Shown here piece after piece: positions 28,539 to 38,819 of a stretch of 64,000 nucleotides of DNA. Every line of letters begins with the position of its first letter. Position 1 is the first letter of the stretch. This DNA is from a virus. The DNA is taken from positions 96,001 to 160,000 of the IMG/VR virus record IMGVR_UViG_3300034684_000299. One strand, given 5' to 3'. Under the pieces are notes generated by a model that had not been told where the DNA came from, ran no database searches, and worked only from the letters and a program-made list of their open reading frames with translations. The position numbers and the translations under genes are program-made.

Positions 28539-29303
28539 ATGCAAATACCATGGCAAGATATCAAAGTTCCAAAAAGATATATTACAGTTAACAAAAAAAT
28601 GACTGAGAAATTTCCTATATTATGGAAGTTATTTGAATATGGAGCTGATGATATTATAGCGGCACAAAAACGATTCAACAAATTATTAATAAAAAATATT
28701 TTTGAAATAGGATTAACTGAAGATATGAAATTAGAATTTAATTTTAGAGTTGGAGAAGATTTTCTACCACAAAAACTTATGTATTTTGTTAAACCAATAT
28801 TGAGAAAAAAACCCCTTAAGGATTTCATTGGTGGAAAATATACTTTAAATACTGTAAAACCAGAAGATGAAGCAAATGTATTTGAATTTTTTCAAAAATT
28901 AAATAGCAAAATTGGTACTAGATATCAACCTTATCAGAATCAAATAAATGAAATAGTTCAAAATTCTGAATTAGCCAAATTTCTAAAACAATTTCCGAAT
29001 ATTATAAGAATGTATAAATTACAACACAGCGAAATCATTAAATATGCTCCTGAGATTGAATTTGTTCAAGATGAGGATTTTTATAGTAATAGTAGAATTT
29101 TGAGATTTTATTTTACAGGTTCCATTAATATCCTTAGTGGCGAAATTAGACATGAGTTGGATGAAAATAAAGACCTTAACGATAGTGAAAGAGAGAAGTA
29201 TAAAGAACAAGTAAGCAATTGGTGTGATGAAATGGAACGAAAAATAACAAAATTGTTGGAAAATATAAAAGAAAGTGATATATTAGATTTATCTGAACTT
29301 TAA
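28539..29303 (+). CDS. Hypothetical protein, paralogue family B
   Basis: MQIPWQDIKVPKRY..APEIEF..LDLSEL. Confidence 0.8.
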   Translation: MQIPWQDIKVPKRYITVNKKMTEKFPILWKLFEYGADDIIAAQKRFNKLLIKNIFEIGLTEDMKLEFNFRVGEDFLPQKLMYFVKPILRKKPLKDFIGGKYTLNTVKPEDEANVFEFFQKLNSKIGTRYQPYQNQINEIVQNSELAKFLKQFPNIIRMYKLQHSEIIKYAPEIEFVQDEDFYSNSRILRFYFTGSINILSGEIRHELDENKDLNDSEREKYKEQVSNWCDEMERKITKLLENIKESDILDLSEL

Positions 29304-29329
29304 AACAACTGATAAAAAGGAGGAATATT

Positions 29330-30094
29330 ATGCGAATACCTTGGAGAGATATCAAAATACCAAAAAGATATATAAGAATAGATTATAAAACTATCAAGAA
29401 ATTTCCTGTATTTTGGAAGTTGTTTGCGGATCAAGCTTATGATATATTTCTTGATAAAAGAATAATAAACAAATTAATGATGAAAAATTTATTGGAAACT
29501 GGTCCAAATGAAAATACAAAGTTAGATTTTGCTTTCAAAATAGATGAAGGTATTACTCCAATAAGACTTGAATTTGAAATGCGTTTACATCCAGAAGATT
29601 TAAATTTTCCTTATGTGGATTCACTTCTAGATATTCAAGGAGTTATTTATGATCCTGACGATGAAATGGAATTGTTTGAATTTTTTAAAAAATTGAACAG
29701 CAAAATTAATTCAATGCATCCTTCTTACATTGATAAGATAAATGATATATTAAAAAATTCAAAGTTGCAACATTTTATCAAACAAGACGAGAAAATAAAT
29801 AAACTTCCTGAATTTCAGGATGAAGATTTAACAAAATTTGCTCCAAAAATAGAATTTATACAGAAAGGGGATTTTGATGAAAACGGAGAAATGACTTTTT
29901 ATGCAACGGATTCAATTAATTTACTTAGTGCCAAAATAAGAGGAAGATTCATAAACAATTCTAGTTTTTCTAAAGAAGAAGAAGAAAAATATACAGATAT
30001 AGTTAAAGAAGGATTCGAAGATATAGAGGAACAAATAAAGGAAATGTTGGAGAAAATAGATGAAAAAGATATGATAGATTTATCTGAACTTTGA
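29330..30094 (+). CDS. Hypothetical protein, paralogue family B
   Basis: MRIPWRDIKIPKRY..APKIEF..IDLSEL. Confidence 0.8.
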   Translation: MRIPWRDIKIPKRYIRIDYKTIKKFPVFWKLFADQAYDIFLDKRIINKLMMKNLLETGPNENTKLDFAFKIDEGITPIRLEFEMRLHPEDLNFPYVDSLLDIQGVIYDPDDEMELFEFFKKLNSKINSMHPSYIDKINDILKNSKLQHFIKQDEKINKLPEFQDEDLTKFAPKIEFIQKGDFDENGEMTFYATDSINLLSAKIRGRFINNSSFSKEEEEKYTDIVKEGFEDIEEQIKEMLEKIDEKDMIDLSEL

Positions 30095-30122
30095 AAAAAA
30101 GTTAATAAAAAGGAGAGATATT

Positions 30123-30893
30123 ATGTCAGTTTTGTGGGGAAATGTAAGAGTACCTAAACGGTATATAAGAATAAATCATCAAACCATCAAAAAGTTTCCT
30201 ATATTTTGGGAATTGTTTCTGAGCTATATAGACGATACATTCCAGAACCAAAACAGACAAAATCAAATATTGCTCAGAAATATGATGGAAATAGGTTTGA
30301 CAAAGGAAACCAATTTAGACGTTATGTTTGAAAAAGATTCAGAAACCTTTTCTTCGAGAGAATTATTTCCAGAGTCAATTAGATATGGAATAGAACCAAT
30401 AAATGCAAACATACCTTTTGAAGATTTGCCCATCCATACTATGAAATATATGATTGACCACAGAAAAGAGCTAGCTATTCTTGATTTCTTAGAAAAATTA
30501 AGTAGAAAAATTGATTCAATAAATGCTATATATCCATCAAAGATACAAGGTGTTATATGGAATTCAAATTTGTATAGTATTTTGTCAAAAGTTCCAGAGG
30601 ACAATTATGAATTGCAAGAAGAAGATATAATGAGATATGCACCTGAAATAGAGTTTATTCAGATTGATGATTTTGATGAAGAAGGAAATTTAATATTTAG
30701 TTTTAGGAATTTTATTGATGAATTTAATTTAAAATTAGACGAGTTTATAGAAAGAAATAATAAATTGACAGAATATGAGAAGAGCAATTATAGAATGCAA
30801 ATAAGAAAGGAATGTCTTAAGATTGAAAAAGAAATAAAACATATATTAGAAAGATTGGATAAAAATGAAATTATAGATTTATCACAATTGTAG
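30123..30893 (+). CDS. Hypothetical protein, paralogue family B
   Basis: WGNVRVPKRY..APEIEF..IDLSQL. Confidence 0.8.
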   Translation: MSVLWGNVRVPKRYIRINHQTIKKFPIFWELFLSYIDDTFQNQNRQNQILLRNMMEIGLTKETNLDVMFEKDSETFSSRELFPESIRYGIEPINANIPFEDLPIHTMKYMIDHRKELAILDFLEKLSRKIDSINAIYPSKIQGVIWNSNLYSILSKVPEDNYELQEEDIMRYAPEIEFIQIDDFDEEGNLIFSFRNFIDEFNLKLDEFIERNNKLTEYEKSNYRMQIRKECLKIEKEIKHILERLDKNEIIDLSQL

Positions 30894-30908
30894 AAAGGAG
30901 GAAGAAAG

Positions 30909-31259
30909 ATGAAAAAGGAAGAATTTAAAAAAATAGTTGAAAAGAAAGCTGGAGATTTGCGATTTGTAAAAGTTGAAATAGAATTAGACAAGCTAAAGGA
31001 AATTGATAATGCAGAGTATCAACGATGGATTCAAAGAATTAGTGAGTTCAAACAGTTGGAAGATTCAGGAGAAGAGTTCAAGAAAAATGGAAAAGTTATG
31101 TATGAGTTTAATCTGAATGCTTCATCTATTGAGAGTTGTTTGACTTATTATCAGCGAATGATTCAAAGTGGTGGCATAAAATTTTGGAATTATTTGGATG
31201 ATGGAGAATTGGATATGTACGCACAAATTCTCAATCAAACAGAAAATTTATATAACTAA
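30909..31259 (+). CDS. Hypothetical protein, paralogue family F
   Basis: FxxxGxxxYxFD/N and C-terminal Wxxxxxxxxxx(W/Y)xxIL pattern. Confidence 0.75.
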   Translation: MKKEEFKKIVEKKAGDLRFVKVEIELDKLKEIDNAEYQRWIQRISEFKQLEDSGEEFKKNGKVMYEFNLNASSIESCLTYYQRMIQSGGIKFWNYLDDGELDMYAQILNQTENLYN

Positions 31260-31271
31260 GGAGGAATTAGT

Positions 31272-32042
31272 ATGATGCAAGAATATCAGATTTTTGTGAA
31301 GGATGTAGAATATAAAGATTTAAAAGGTGATTTGTATGTAGGGAGTATTTTGGAAGGCGATTGGTTTGAAACTCCACAAGATACATTGGAGCAAAGAGCT
31401 ATTATGTTAATTCCAGAGTTGAAAGACAAAAAATTCGAGATTATAGTTGGAGAACCTATCTCATTGTTAGCAGAAAAGAATTTAAGAACCGACAAATTAT
31501 ATATAAGTATATACGAAACGAGTTACGATATGGAATACAAACCATATGATTCATTAATATATGCATTATATCATCCACATATTGAACTAATAAATAATGC
31601 AAATAAAAGTTATACTGAGTTTGATTCGTGGGAAAAGTATCGAAATTATTTAATCACAGAATATGACCCTCATGTTATATTCCCAGTAAAGTATCCTGGA
31701 GGTTCAGCTTTTGGATTGCAATTACAGAAAGAAATTCCAAATAAACATATGGTAGGTTTTATGCTTATGACAAAGGAGTTTGCAAGTGCAAACCTCATTT
31801 CACAATATGAAGCAAAAATAATCATAGAAGAAGCTTTAGAGGAATATAGCTATTATCTTTCAGATGAAGTATACAAAGTAGTTGCTTATGATCTACTCAA
31901 GCTGTATAAACATAATGAAATAGAGCCCATACTCGAAGAAGTTATCTTGGGATATGATAATGCATTAGCTTTTGTCGAAGAACTAAATGATGCTTTGCCA
32001 GAAAGTCTAAAATTTGAACCTAATGAACTTAAGGATGATTAA
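31272..32042 (+). CDS. Acidic hypothetical protein, paralogue family C
   Basis: TDKLY..YxP..YAL..GFM..YxxYxxxE pattern. Confidence 0.8.
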   Translation: MMQEYQIFVKDVEYKDLKGDLYVGSILEGDWFETPQDTLEQRAIMLIPELKDKKFEIIVGEPISLLAEKNLRTDKLYISIYETSYDMEYKPYDSLIYALYHPHIELINNANKSYTEFDSWEKYRNYLITEYDPHVIFPVKYPGGSAFGLQLQKEIPNKHMVGFMLMTKEFASANLISQYEAKIIIEEALEEYSYYLSDEVYKVVAYDLLKLYKHNEIEPILEEVILGYDNALAFVEELNDALPESLKFEPNELKDD

Positions 32043-32061
32043 TAAATAAGGAGGAATTAAA

Positions 32062-32490
32062 ATGAAAATAGGAGACTTTAAAAAAGAAGTATTAAACAAA
32101 ATACGTCAGGATATTGACTATGAAGAACAATTTCCTATAGATGATTATGAAATGAGTTTAGAGGAAGTATTAAACATAGATGATGAGAAAGAAATGTCTT
32201 TAAAAGATATAGAAGATGAATTGAAAAATGCTCAAGAATATTTTGGAGAACACGCTGATAGTTTAGTAGATGTTTATACAAGGGATTTATTGTATTGGTA
32301 TGCAGAAGATGTCAACAGAATAGCTTATATGGAAGATGCAATCAAAGAACTAGGAGCACAAGAGGCTTACCAGATTTTGTCTGGAGGGCAGTATCTGTAT
32401 TGGGAAGAAGTTTTGAATGAGGTAATAGAAGCAGGATTGGGATTAGTTCAAACGGAAGATAACGAAACAGAAGAAGATGAAGAAGAATAA
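32062..32490 (+). CDS. Ocr-like acidic protein, paralogue family D
   Basis: HADSLVDVYTRDLLYWY resembles T7 Ocr AADNAVPHYYADIF; acidic tail. Confidence 0.6.
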   Translation: MKIGDFKKEVLNKIRQDIDYEEQFPIDDYEMSLEEVLNIDDEKEMSLKDIEDELKNAQEYFGEHADSLVDVYTRDLLYWYAEDVNRIAYMEDAIKELGAQEAYQILSGGQYLYWEEVLNEVIEAGLGLVQTEDNETEEDEEE

Positions 32491-32503
32491 AGGAGGAATT
32501 AAA

Positions 32504-32950
32504 ATGAAAATAGGAGATTTTAAGAAAGCAGTATTATACAAAATATGGCAAGATTTTGCTTTTAAAAATAGAACTCCTACAGTTGATTATCAAACAGCTA
32601 TAAATGAGATTTTGTATGAGACAGATGATACAGAGAAGACTAAAGAAGAAATAGCAGATAAATTAACAAAAGTACAGGATTTTGTAGGAGACTATGCTGA
32701 CAATTTAATTGACACTTATACAACAGATCAATTAGATTGGTATTCAAACGACGCTAACAGAATAGATTATATGGATGATGCAATCAAAGAACTAGGAGCA
32801 CAAGAGGCTTACCAGATTTTGTCTGGAGGGCAGTATCTGTATTGGGAAGAAGTTCTTAATGAGGTAATAGAAGCAGGATTGGAAGTAGTTCAAACGGAAG
32901 ATAACGAAACAGAAGAAGATAAAGATGAAAATGAAAATAAAGAAGAATAA
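32504..32950 (+). CDS. Ocr-like acidic protein, paralogue family D
   Basis: YADNLIDTYTTDQLDWY; 3' part near-identical to 32062. Confidence 0.6.
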   Translation: MKIGDFKKAVLYKIWQDFAFKNRTPTVDYQTAINEILYETDDTEKTKEEIADKLTKVQDFVGDYADNLIDTYTTDQLDWYSNDANRIDYMDDAIKELGAQEAYQILSGGQYLYWEEVLNEVIEAGLEVVQTEDNETEEDKDENENKEE

Positions 32951-32964
32951 AGGAGGTATAAAAA

Positions 32965-33351
32965 ATGAGTGATGCAGAATTGTGGGAGGAACGTTTAAAA
33001 AAAGAAGAAGTAAAACAACAAATAAAAGAAAAAATGATAGAAGCAATTACTAAACTTCTATCAAAAAACGATAGGAATTTGTATAGTTATTGGATATATT
33101 TTGATGTTAAAGGTAATGTTCATTTAGAACAAACAAAACAAATGGAAGCAGAAGATTTTAGAGACAACAAAAATGAAAAAATTTATGTTATTACACATTT
33201 TAATACTACTGATAGATTTTTGAAAGACTTTCTTAAAAAACCAGACTTTTGGTTAGAACATATAATCGAAGTGGCTATGAATGAAATTCAAAGAAAAATA
33301 GCTTGGGAAGAATATTTCAGAAAACAAAAAGAAAAACAAAGTGTTATTTAA
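32965..33351 (+). CDS. Hypothetical protein, paralogue family G
   Basis: W..IKEKM.EAI..xxxxGxVxL pattern. Confidence 0.7.
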   Translation: MSDAELWEERLKKEEVKQQIKEKMIEAITKLLSKNDRNLYSYWIYFDVKGNVHLEQTKQMEAEDFRDNKNEKIYVITHFNTTDRFLKDFLKKPDFWLEHIIEVAMNEIQRKIAWEEYFRKQKEKQSVI

Positions 33352-33369
33352 AAAAAAGGAGGAATTTAA

Positions 33370-33693
33370 ATGTATAAAGTAATTACAATTAAAAATTTCG
33401 TTGATGACTTCAAAAATTCAAGTTACAAAGACCATTTTTCGTATGAAGGGCTTATTGAACTCTTCAAGCATTTCGAAGAGATGGAAAATGAGTTTGATGA
33501 AAATTATGTGTTTGATATTGTGGGTATATGTGGCCAATTTAGTGAATATCCAAATGTCGAAACGGCTTTAAAAGAATTGGGTGTAGATTCTGAAAAAGAG
33601 CTAAGAGAAAATTATTTTGTTATTGATATACCAGAACGTGATGGCATAATAGTACAAGTTGATGATTTCCCACAGGAATGGCAATTAATATAA
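33370..33693 (+). CDS. Acidic hypothetical phage protein, paralogue family E
   Basis: FSYEGLxxLFxxxEE..FDIVxICxxFSEY. Confidence 0.8.
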   Translation: MYKVITIKNFVDDFKNSSYKDHFSYEGLIELFKHFEEMENEFDENYVFDIVGICGQFSEYPNVETALKELGVDSEKELRENYFVIDIPERDGIIVQVDDFPQEWQLI

Positions 33694-33714
33694 ACTTTAA
33701 AAGGAGGAATTAAA

Positions 33715-34047
33715 ATGTATAAAAAATTAGATTTTTGTGATTTTATTCAAGAATTTAGAAATTCAAGATTTAGAGACTATTTTTCAAATCAAGGTTTGCT
33801 TGTTTTATTTAACTATTTAGAAAAACTTGAAGAAGAACTTAAGGAGAATTTCGTTTTTGATATTGTAACAATTTGTGATCAATTTCGGGAATTTCCAGAT
33901 GTAGAAACAGTTTTAGAGGAATTTTATTTAGGTACTGAACAAGATTTAAGAGAAAGATATAAAATTATTGAATTTCCTGGAAATGAGGGTTTGATTGTTC
34001 AAATTGATAAATTCCCTAAACCTTGGCAAAAGGTTCAGAACTTTTGA
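33715..34047 (+). CDS. Acidic hypothetical phage protein, paralogue family E
   Basis: FSNQGLLVLFNYLEKLEE..FDIVTICDQFREF. Confidence 0.8.
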   Translation: MYKKLDFCDFIQEFRNSRFRDYFSNQGLLVLFNYLEKLEEELKENFVFDIVTICDQFREFPDVETVLEEFYLGTEQDLRERYKIIEFPGNEGLIVQIDKFPKPWQKVQNF

Positions 34048-34074
34048 GACAAAATTTAAAAAGGAGGAATTAAT

Positions 34075-34872
34075 GTGTTGAAACAATATAAGATACTTAT
34101 TGATAATGCTGAGAGCAAAGGTTTTAAAGGGAAGTTAGATATAAATAAAAGTTTCTTAGCATATGTTGAAGACGAGGAAAGAGAAGAAGAAACGTTAAGA
34201 AATAAAGCAATTGAACTAATTCCAGAATTAAAAGATATGAGTTTTTCTTTAGAACCAATTTGGGAATTAAAAAAAGAAGGTCATAATTATAATAATGATA
34301 GGTTCACGGACAAGATATATGTAAGTGTGGATTATGATACAGGAGAATGGGAATATGAACCATTAGACTATGTGGATTTTGCACTATTCTACAAAAAATA
34401 TAAGTTCATAAATACAGTTCCATTCACACCTGATAGATTTGAAAGTTGGGAAGAAATGGAAAGATTTATAATGAAAGAATACAATCCTGTTGCTATTATC
34501 CCAGTATCCCTCCATGATCATGGGGGGCTTGTTTTACTTGATTGGGTAGAAAGGGGATGGGATACTATGCAAATAGGATATATGTTTATATCAAGAGAGA
34601 CGGCAAATCGAGAAAATTTAACTGAAGAGCAAGCTAAGAAACTTTTGAAAGACACATTTGATGAATATGCGGCTTATGTGCAAGGTGAGTGTTATATAAT
34701 AGATATATTTGATTTAACTGAGTTATATAAAGAAGATGAAATGGCTCCAATCGAAACCATATCTATTTTAGGGTATGACTATTTGCAAGAAGTGTTAGAA
34801 AAAAAGTTAAATGAATTTTTACCGGAAAGGTTGCAATTTAAGAAAGACGAGTTATTAGAAGTTCTCGAATGA
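34075..34872 (+). CDS. Acidic hypothetical protein, paralogue family C
   Basis: TDKIY..YEP..HDHGGL..IGYMFI..YAAYVQGE. Confidence 0.8.
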   Translation: MLKQYKILIDNAESKGFKGKLDINKSFLAYVEDEEREEETLRNKAIELIPELKDMSFSLEPIWELKKEGHNYNNDRFTDKIYVSVDYDTGEWEYEPLDYVDFALFYKKYKFINTVPFTPDRFESWEEMERFIMKEYNPVAIIPVSLHDHGGLVLLDWVERGWDTMQIGYMFISRETANRENLTEEQAKKLLKDTFDEYAAYVQGECYIIDIFDLTELYKEDEMAPIETISILGYDYLQEVLEKKLNEFLPERLQFKKDELLEVLE

Positions 34873-34900
34873 AAAAACAAAAATCAAAGGAGGAATTTAA

Positions 34901-35308
34901 ATGAAAGCAGGAGATTTTAGAAAAGAAGTATTAGACATAATACGTGATAATTTTGATTACGACAAACGAATCCCAATGGAAGATTATGAAACTGCTTTAG
35001 ATAAAGTTTTAGATGCGGTTGATGAAGAAGATATGACATTAGAGGAAATAGAAAAAGAATTAACAGATGTTGAAGGTAATGTACATGATTATGCCGATGG
35101 TTCTGTTCATCCTTATACAGCGGATCTTTTGAGATGGTATTTGGAAGATATAAATAGGGTATATTATATGGAAGATGCAATCAAAGAGCTAGGTGCTGAA
35201 GATGGATTTCAGGTTTTAACTGGTGGGCAATATTTATATTGGGAAGAAGTTTTGAACGAAGTAATAGAAGTTTGTTTGCAATTAATAGAAACAAAGAAAA
35301 AAAAATGA
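34901..35308 (+). CDS. Ocr-like acidic protein, paralogue family D
   Basis: VHDYADGSVHPYTADLLRWY, GGQYLYWEEVLNEVIE. Confidence 0.6.
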   Translation: MKAGDFRKEVLDIIRDNFDYDKRIPMEDYETALDKVLDAVDEEDMTLEEIEKELTDVEGNVHDYADGSVHPYTADLLRWYLEDINRVYYMEDAIKELGAEDGFQVLTGGQYLYWEEVLNEVIEVCLQLIETKKKK

Positions 35309-35323
35309 ATCTAAAAAAGAAGA

Positions 35324-35580
35324 GTCAACTACCCCCGTCTAAAGACGGTGGCTTGTAATAAGCAAGCCCTAGTTGATTAGCCTCAGCCAGAGTCGCAAGA
35401 CTATCGGGCTACGTTATATCGGAATATATAGGTACCATAGGATGCTCCACAAGTCCGATGCTCTACGGTCAGTGATTAAACATCTCTGAGGGGTAGGAGA
35501 AGTGTTGCTGACAACAAACCCAATATAACATTGGCGATGTGGACCTACCGCTTAACAGCGGATTTATCCTCGAAAGAGGA
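35324..35580 (+). ncRNA. Stand-alone IscB omegaRNA (no iscB ORF)
   Basis: High identity to 7006-7262 (GTTGATTAGCCTCAGCCAG, CCATAGGATGCTCCACAAGTCC, AACATTGGCGATGTGGAC). Followed by a hairpin instead of an ORF. Confidence 0.85.
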
Positions 35581-35629
35581 TCTAAGTAGGTTCCTATCTC
35601 CAAAGATAGGAGCCTATTTCTATTAATTA

Positions 35630-35678
35630 CCAGCTTTCATCTCTCCAATGAATTGGAGAGTGTTCTAGCTGAATTTTC
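35630..35678 (-). mobile_element. Isolated left end of the TnpB element family
   Basis: TTTAT|GAAAATTCAGC..CTCTCCAATTCATTGGAGAG matches 55572-55620. Confidence 0.75.
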
Positions 35679-35695
35679 ATAAAGGAGGAATTAAA

Positions 35696-36097
35696 ATGGG
35701 AACAGGTGAATTCAAAAAATTGGTAGAAAGTTTGAATAACGGGGAACCAGTCAGAGTAATAGTAAACAAAGAAGAATTAGAGAAATTAACACAGATTTAT
35801 AAATTTGATGAAAATTATTTTGAATTAGGTTTATACATGATGGATGTAACAAGGGACAGAGACCCAGATATTGATCTCAACGATGAAGATTTTGATTATT
35901 ATCGAGAAAATGGGGAAATACTATTTGTATTTGACCCAAGATCAGAAGATACTTCAATGTATTGGTGGTTAGATGGGTATTATTTTCTAACTGAAGATCC
36001 TTTTGAGGGTTCCGAATGGGAAAAAACTTCTATTAGCGAAATAAATTTTTGGGCAAAAATTCTCGAAAATAAATATATGAAGGAGGAAGGGAAATGA
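35696..36097 (+). CDS. Hypothetical protein, paralogue family F
   Basis: YRENGEILFVFD..WEKTSISEINFWAKIL. Confidence 0.75.
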   Translation: MGTGEFKKLVESLNNGEPVRVIVNKEELEKLTQIYKFDENYFELGLYMMDVTRDRDPDIDLNDEDFDYYRENGEILFVFDPRSEDTSMYWWLDGYYFLTEDPFEGSEWEKTSISEINFWAKILENKYMKEEGK

Positions 36098-36360
36098 TAA
36101 GAATGCCATATGGTATGTTTTTTGAAGATATGAAAATAATGACTTCATATTCTGATGATGCCATAGATACTATCTTTGAATTTCTAGACGATTTTGATGG
36201 AGAAGCAAACTATGATCCAGTTAATATGACATATGAGTTTCATGAATACGATAGTTTGGAAAAAGCTTGTGAAGATCTGGATATGTCTAAAAAAGAAATT
36301 GAAGACAAATACACTATATTAAAAATGAAAAATGGTGGAGTAGTTATTTGGATAGTGTGA
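36094..36360 (+). CDS. Acidic hypothetical protein, paralogue family E (short)
   Basis: YSDDAIDTIFEFLDD..YDPV..FHEY. Confidence 0.65.
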   Translation: MIRMPYGMFFEDMKIMTSYSDDAIDTIFEFLDDFDGEANYDPVNMTYEFHEYDSLEKACEDLDMSKKEIEDKYTILKMKNGGVVIWIV

Positions 36361-36409
36361 TTTACAGGGGAGTATTCTCCCCTATTTTTTTAAATAAGGA
36401 GGTAATTAA

Positions 36410-37501
36410 ATGGAAAGAAAATTAGCAAGTATACAAAGGATTACAGAGATACGCCCAATCGAGAATGCTGATAATATCGAAGTTGCAAAAGTTCTTGGTT
36501 GGGAATGTGTTGTTAAAAAATCAGATAATTTTAAAGTTGGAGATCTTGTAGTTTATATAGAAATAGACTCTATCGTTCCAGATAGACCAGAATTTGAGTT
36601 TTTAAAAGAAAGAAAGTTCAAAGTTAAAACAATAAAACTTAGAGGGCAAGTATCTCAAGGACTTATAATGCCTCTTAACATACTTCCAAAAAGGCATTAT
36701 AAAGAAGGAGATAATGTTACTAAAGTACTTGGAGTAAAGAAATATGATCCCCAAGCTGAGTTAGAACAAAAATTACAAGAACAAAGAGCAAACATAAGTA
36801 AAAATAGAGTATATAAATTTTTATCAAGATATTCTTGGTTTCGCAGACTAATTTTTAGAAAAAGAAGAGATAGATTTCCTAAGTTTATCAAGAAAACTGA
36901 TGAACCAAGAATTCAGTTATTCCCTACAATCTGTGAGGATTATAAAGATTTAACGTTCTCGGTTACAGAAAAAATAGATGGAATGAGCGCCACCTACTTT
37001 TTGTTAAAGAATCCTAAAAAACGGTTTGCTAATAAAAACAAATATATCTTTGGAGTTTGTAGTAGAAACTTATATCTATTACAGGAAGGTAATTCTTCAT
37101 ACTGGATTATAGCAAGAAAGTTTAACATCAAACATGTACTTGAAAAATTAATAGGGAACAATGACTATATAGTATTACAAGGAGAAATAATAGGACCTGG
37201 AATTCAAGAAAACAAATATCAGCTTTCAGATTATGATTTTTATGTGTTTAATTATATCTATCCACATACACAATTCAATAATCTAGAAGCAAAAGATGCA
37301 TTAGAACCATATGGCATAAAATTTGTTCCCATATTGGAAGATATGAAATTGAAACCAACAATTCAAGAAATGGTTGAATATTCAAAAGGAAAGTCTAAAT
37401 TATTACCAATCGATAGAGAAGGGATTGTTTGTAGAAATTATGAACACAATATATCCTTTAAGGTAATAAACCCGGATTTTTTGCTCACTAACGATGAATA
37501 A
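36410..37501 (+). CDS. ATP-dependent RNA ligase, DRB0094/Rnl2-like family
   Basis: N-terminal ERKLASIQRI..ADNIE OB-like module; TEKIDG (adenylated Lys), LQGE, FYVF, EGIV, FKVIN. Confidence 0.88.
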   Translation: MERKLASIQRITEIRPIENADNIEVAKVLGWECVVKKSDNFKVGDLVVYIEIDSIVPDRPEFEFLKERKFKVKTIKLRGQVSQGLIMPLNILPKRHYKEGDNVTKVLGVKKYDPQAELEQKLQEQRANISKNRVYKFLSRYSWFRRLIFRKRRDRFPKFIKKTDEPRIQLFPTICEDYKDLTFSVTEKIDGMSATYFLLKNPKKRFANKNKYIFGVCSRNLYLLQEGNSSYWIIARKFNIKHVLEKLIGNNDYIVLQGEIIGPGIQENKYQLSDYDFYVFNYIYPHTQFNNLEAKDALEPYGIKFVPILEDMKLKPTIQEMVEYSKGKSKLLPIDREGIVCRNYEHNISFKVINPDFLLTNDE

Positions 37502-37623
37502 TTTTTATTTTAAAGTTGTTTTGGCAAAGAAAATAAGGTATAATTGATCGATATAATCTTTGTTTTTATCAAAAAATATGATTTTTTGGTATATATTATG
37601 TAATTATATAAGGAGGAATAAAA

Positions 37624-38166
37624 ATGACAAACGAAATTTTAGTAGGGTTAAGAGAATGGCTAAAAGAACAAGGAAGCATTAATCCTGAAGAGTTAGAGAT
37701 TATATCAAGAAATTGGATAAAAGAGAATAAGAGTAAAAAGGTTGTAGAGATAGATGAAAAAGTTCGTGAGCTTTATCCAGCAATTGAAGATATGTACAAA
37801 AGACTAATGGATGAGTTGTGTGATATATTAGTTTCTATTTTTGAATATGGATGGTCTGATACTTATATTTACTATAATGAAATGTCACGTGTTACTTATA
37901 AAATTCATCCAAAAACTCATTCTCTAGAGATTGGGGAAAATTACATTCTAGAATCTACAGAAAGCGAAATAGAATATAATGTTAAGCATATGAGTACAGA
38001 AAAAATATTGTATCTCATATCACCAAAAAATGATTTTATCGAGAATTTTCCTGCAATAATTCATAGACTTTTAGAAGAATACTTGAGTAGATTTGATATG
38101 GATTACCAAGATCTAAGTAAAAAATACAAAGATTTAATTGATACTTTCACAAAAAAGGAGGAATAA
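37624..38166 (+). CDS. Hypothetical protein
   Basis: SD-led ORF after a TGGTATATAT motif. Confidence 0.75.
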   Translation: MTNEILVGLREWLKEQGSINPEELEIISRNWIKENKSKKVVEIDEKVRELYPAIEDMYKRLMDELCDILVSIFEYGWSDTYIYYNEMSRVTYKIHPKTHSLEIGENYILESTESEIEYNVKHMSTEKILYLISPKNDFIENFPAIIHRLLEEYLSRFDMDYQDLSKKYKDLIDTFTKKEE

Positions 38167-38168
38167 CA

Positions 38169-38819
38169 ATGGAAGAATGGAGTAAAATATTTTTGAAACA
38201 TGAGGATGAGATAAAGGAAAAGTTAGGAGAAATGTTGAAGATAGCTTACGGAAGGCTTTCTGGTATAATAAGTCTTATATTAGACGAAGAAGGAAAGTTA
38301 TACATAGAAATTTCAGAGTCAGAAAGTACTATAAACGAAGACATAAATTCCGGGAAAGCTGTATATGTAGAAACATTCGACGCCCAATATTTCGAGATCA
38401 GTGATGATTTGTATACGATGAACATAGATAATGCAGAAAGAATATTCACTGAATGTGGTGGTGGTGAATATTATGAAAAGTATATAAAAAATTTAGGTGA
38501 AGAAGAAAGGTTTGACGCAAGAGAAATATACGACAGTCTTCCAATAGAAATTCGTAAAAAGGTTTTTGAAAAAATTGTTCAAAACAACATCGATTACTAC
38601 TTTGATAAATTTTATCCTGAACTTCAGGATTATTGGACTACTGATGAAGTCGACGAAGAGGAAGAAGATGATGGAATAACAGAAGAGAAAATTGAATGGA
38701 ATAACGATAAAATCAAAAAAGAAAGAAAAAAAGAAGATGAAGAGGAAGAAGAGCAAAAAATAGAAATGGAGGTAATACATATCAAAAAGAAAGGAGACAA
38801 AGATGTTGAAAAAGATTAA
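38169..38819 (+). CDS. Acidic hypothetical protein, paralogue family G
   Basis: EW..EDEIKEK..AY..IISLILDEEGKLY; close to 40381. Confidence 0.75.
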   Translation: MEEWSKIFLKHEDEIKEKLGEMLKIAYGRLSGIISLILDEEGKLYIEISESESTINEDINSGKAVYVETFDAQYFEISDDLYTMNIDNAERIFTECGGGEYYEKYIKNLGEEERFDAREIYDSLPIEIRKKVFEKIVQNNIDYYFDKFYPELQDYWTTDEVDEEEEDDGITEEKIEWNNDKIKKERKKEDEEEEEQKIEMEVIHIKKKGDKDVEKD

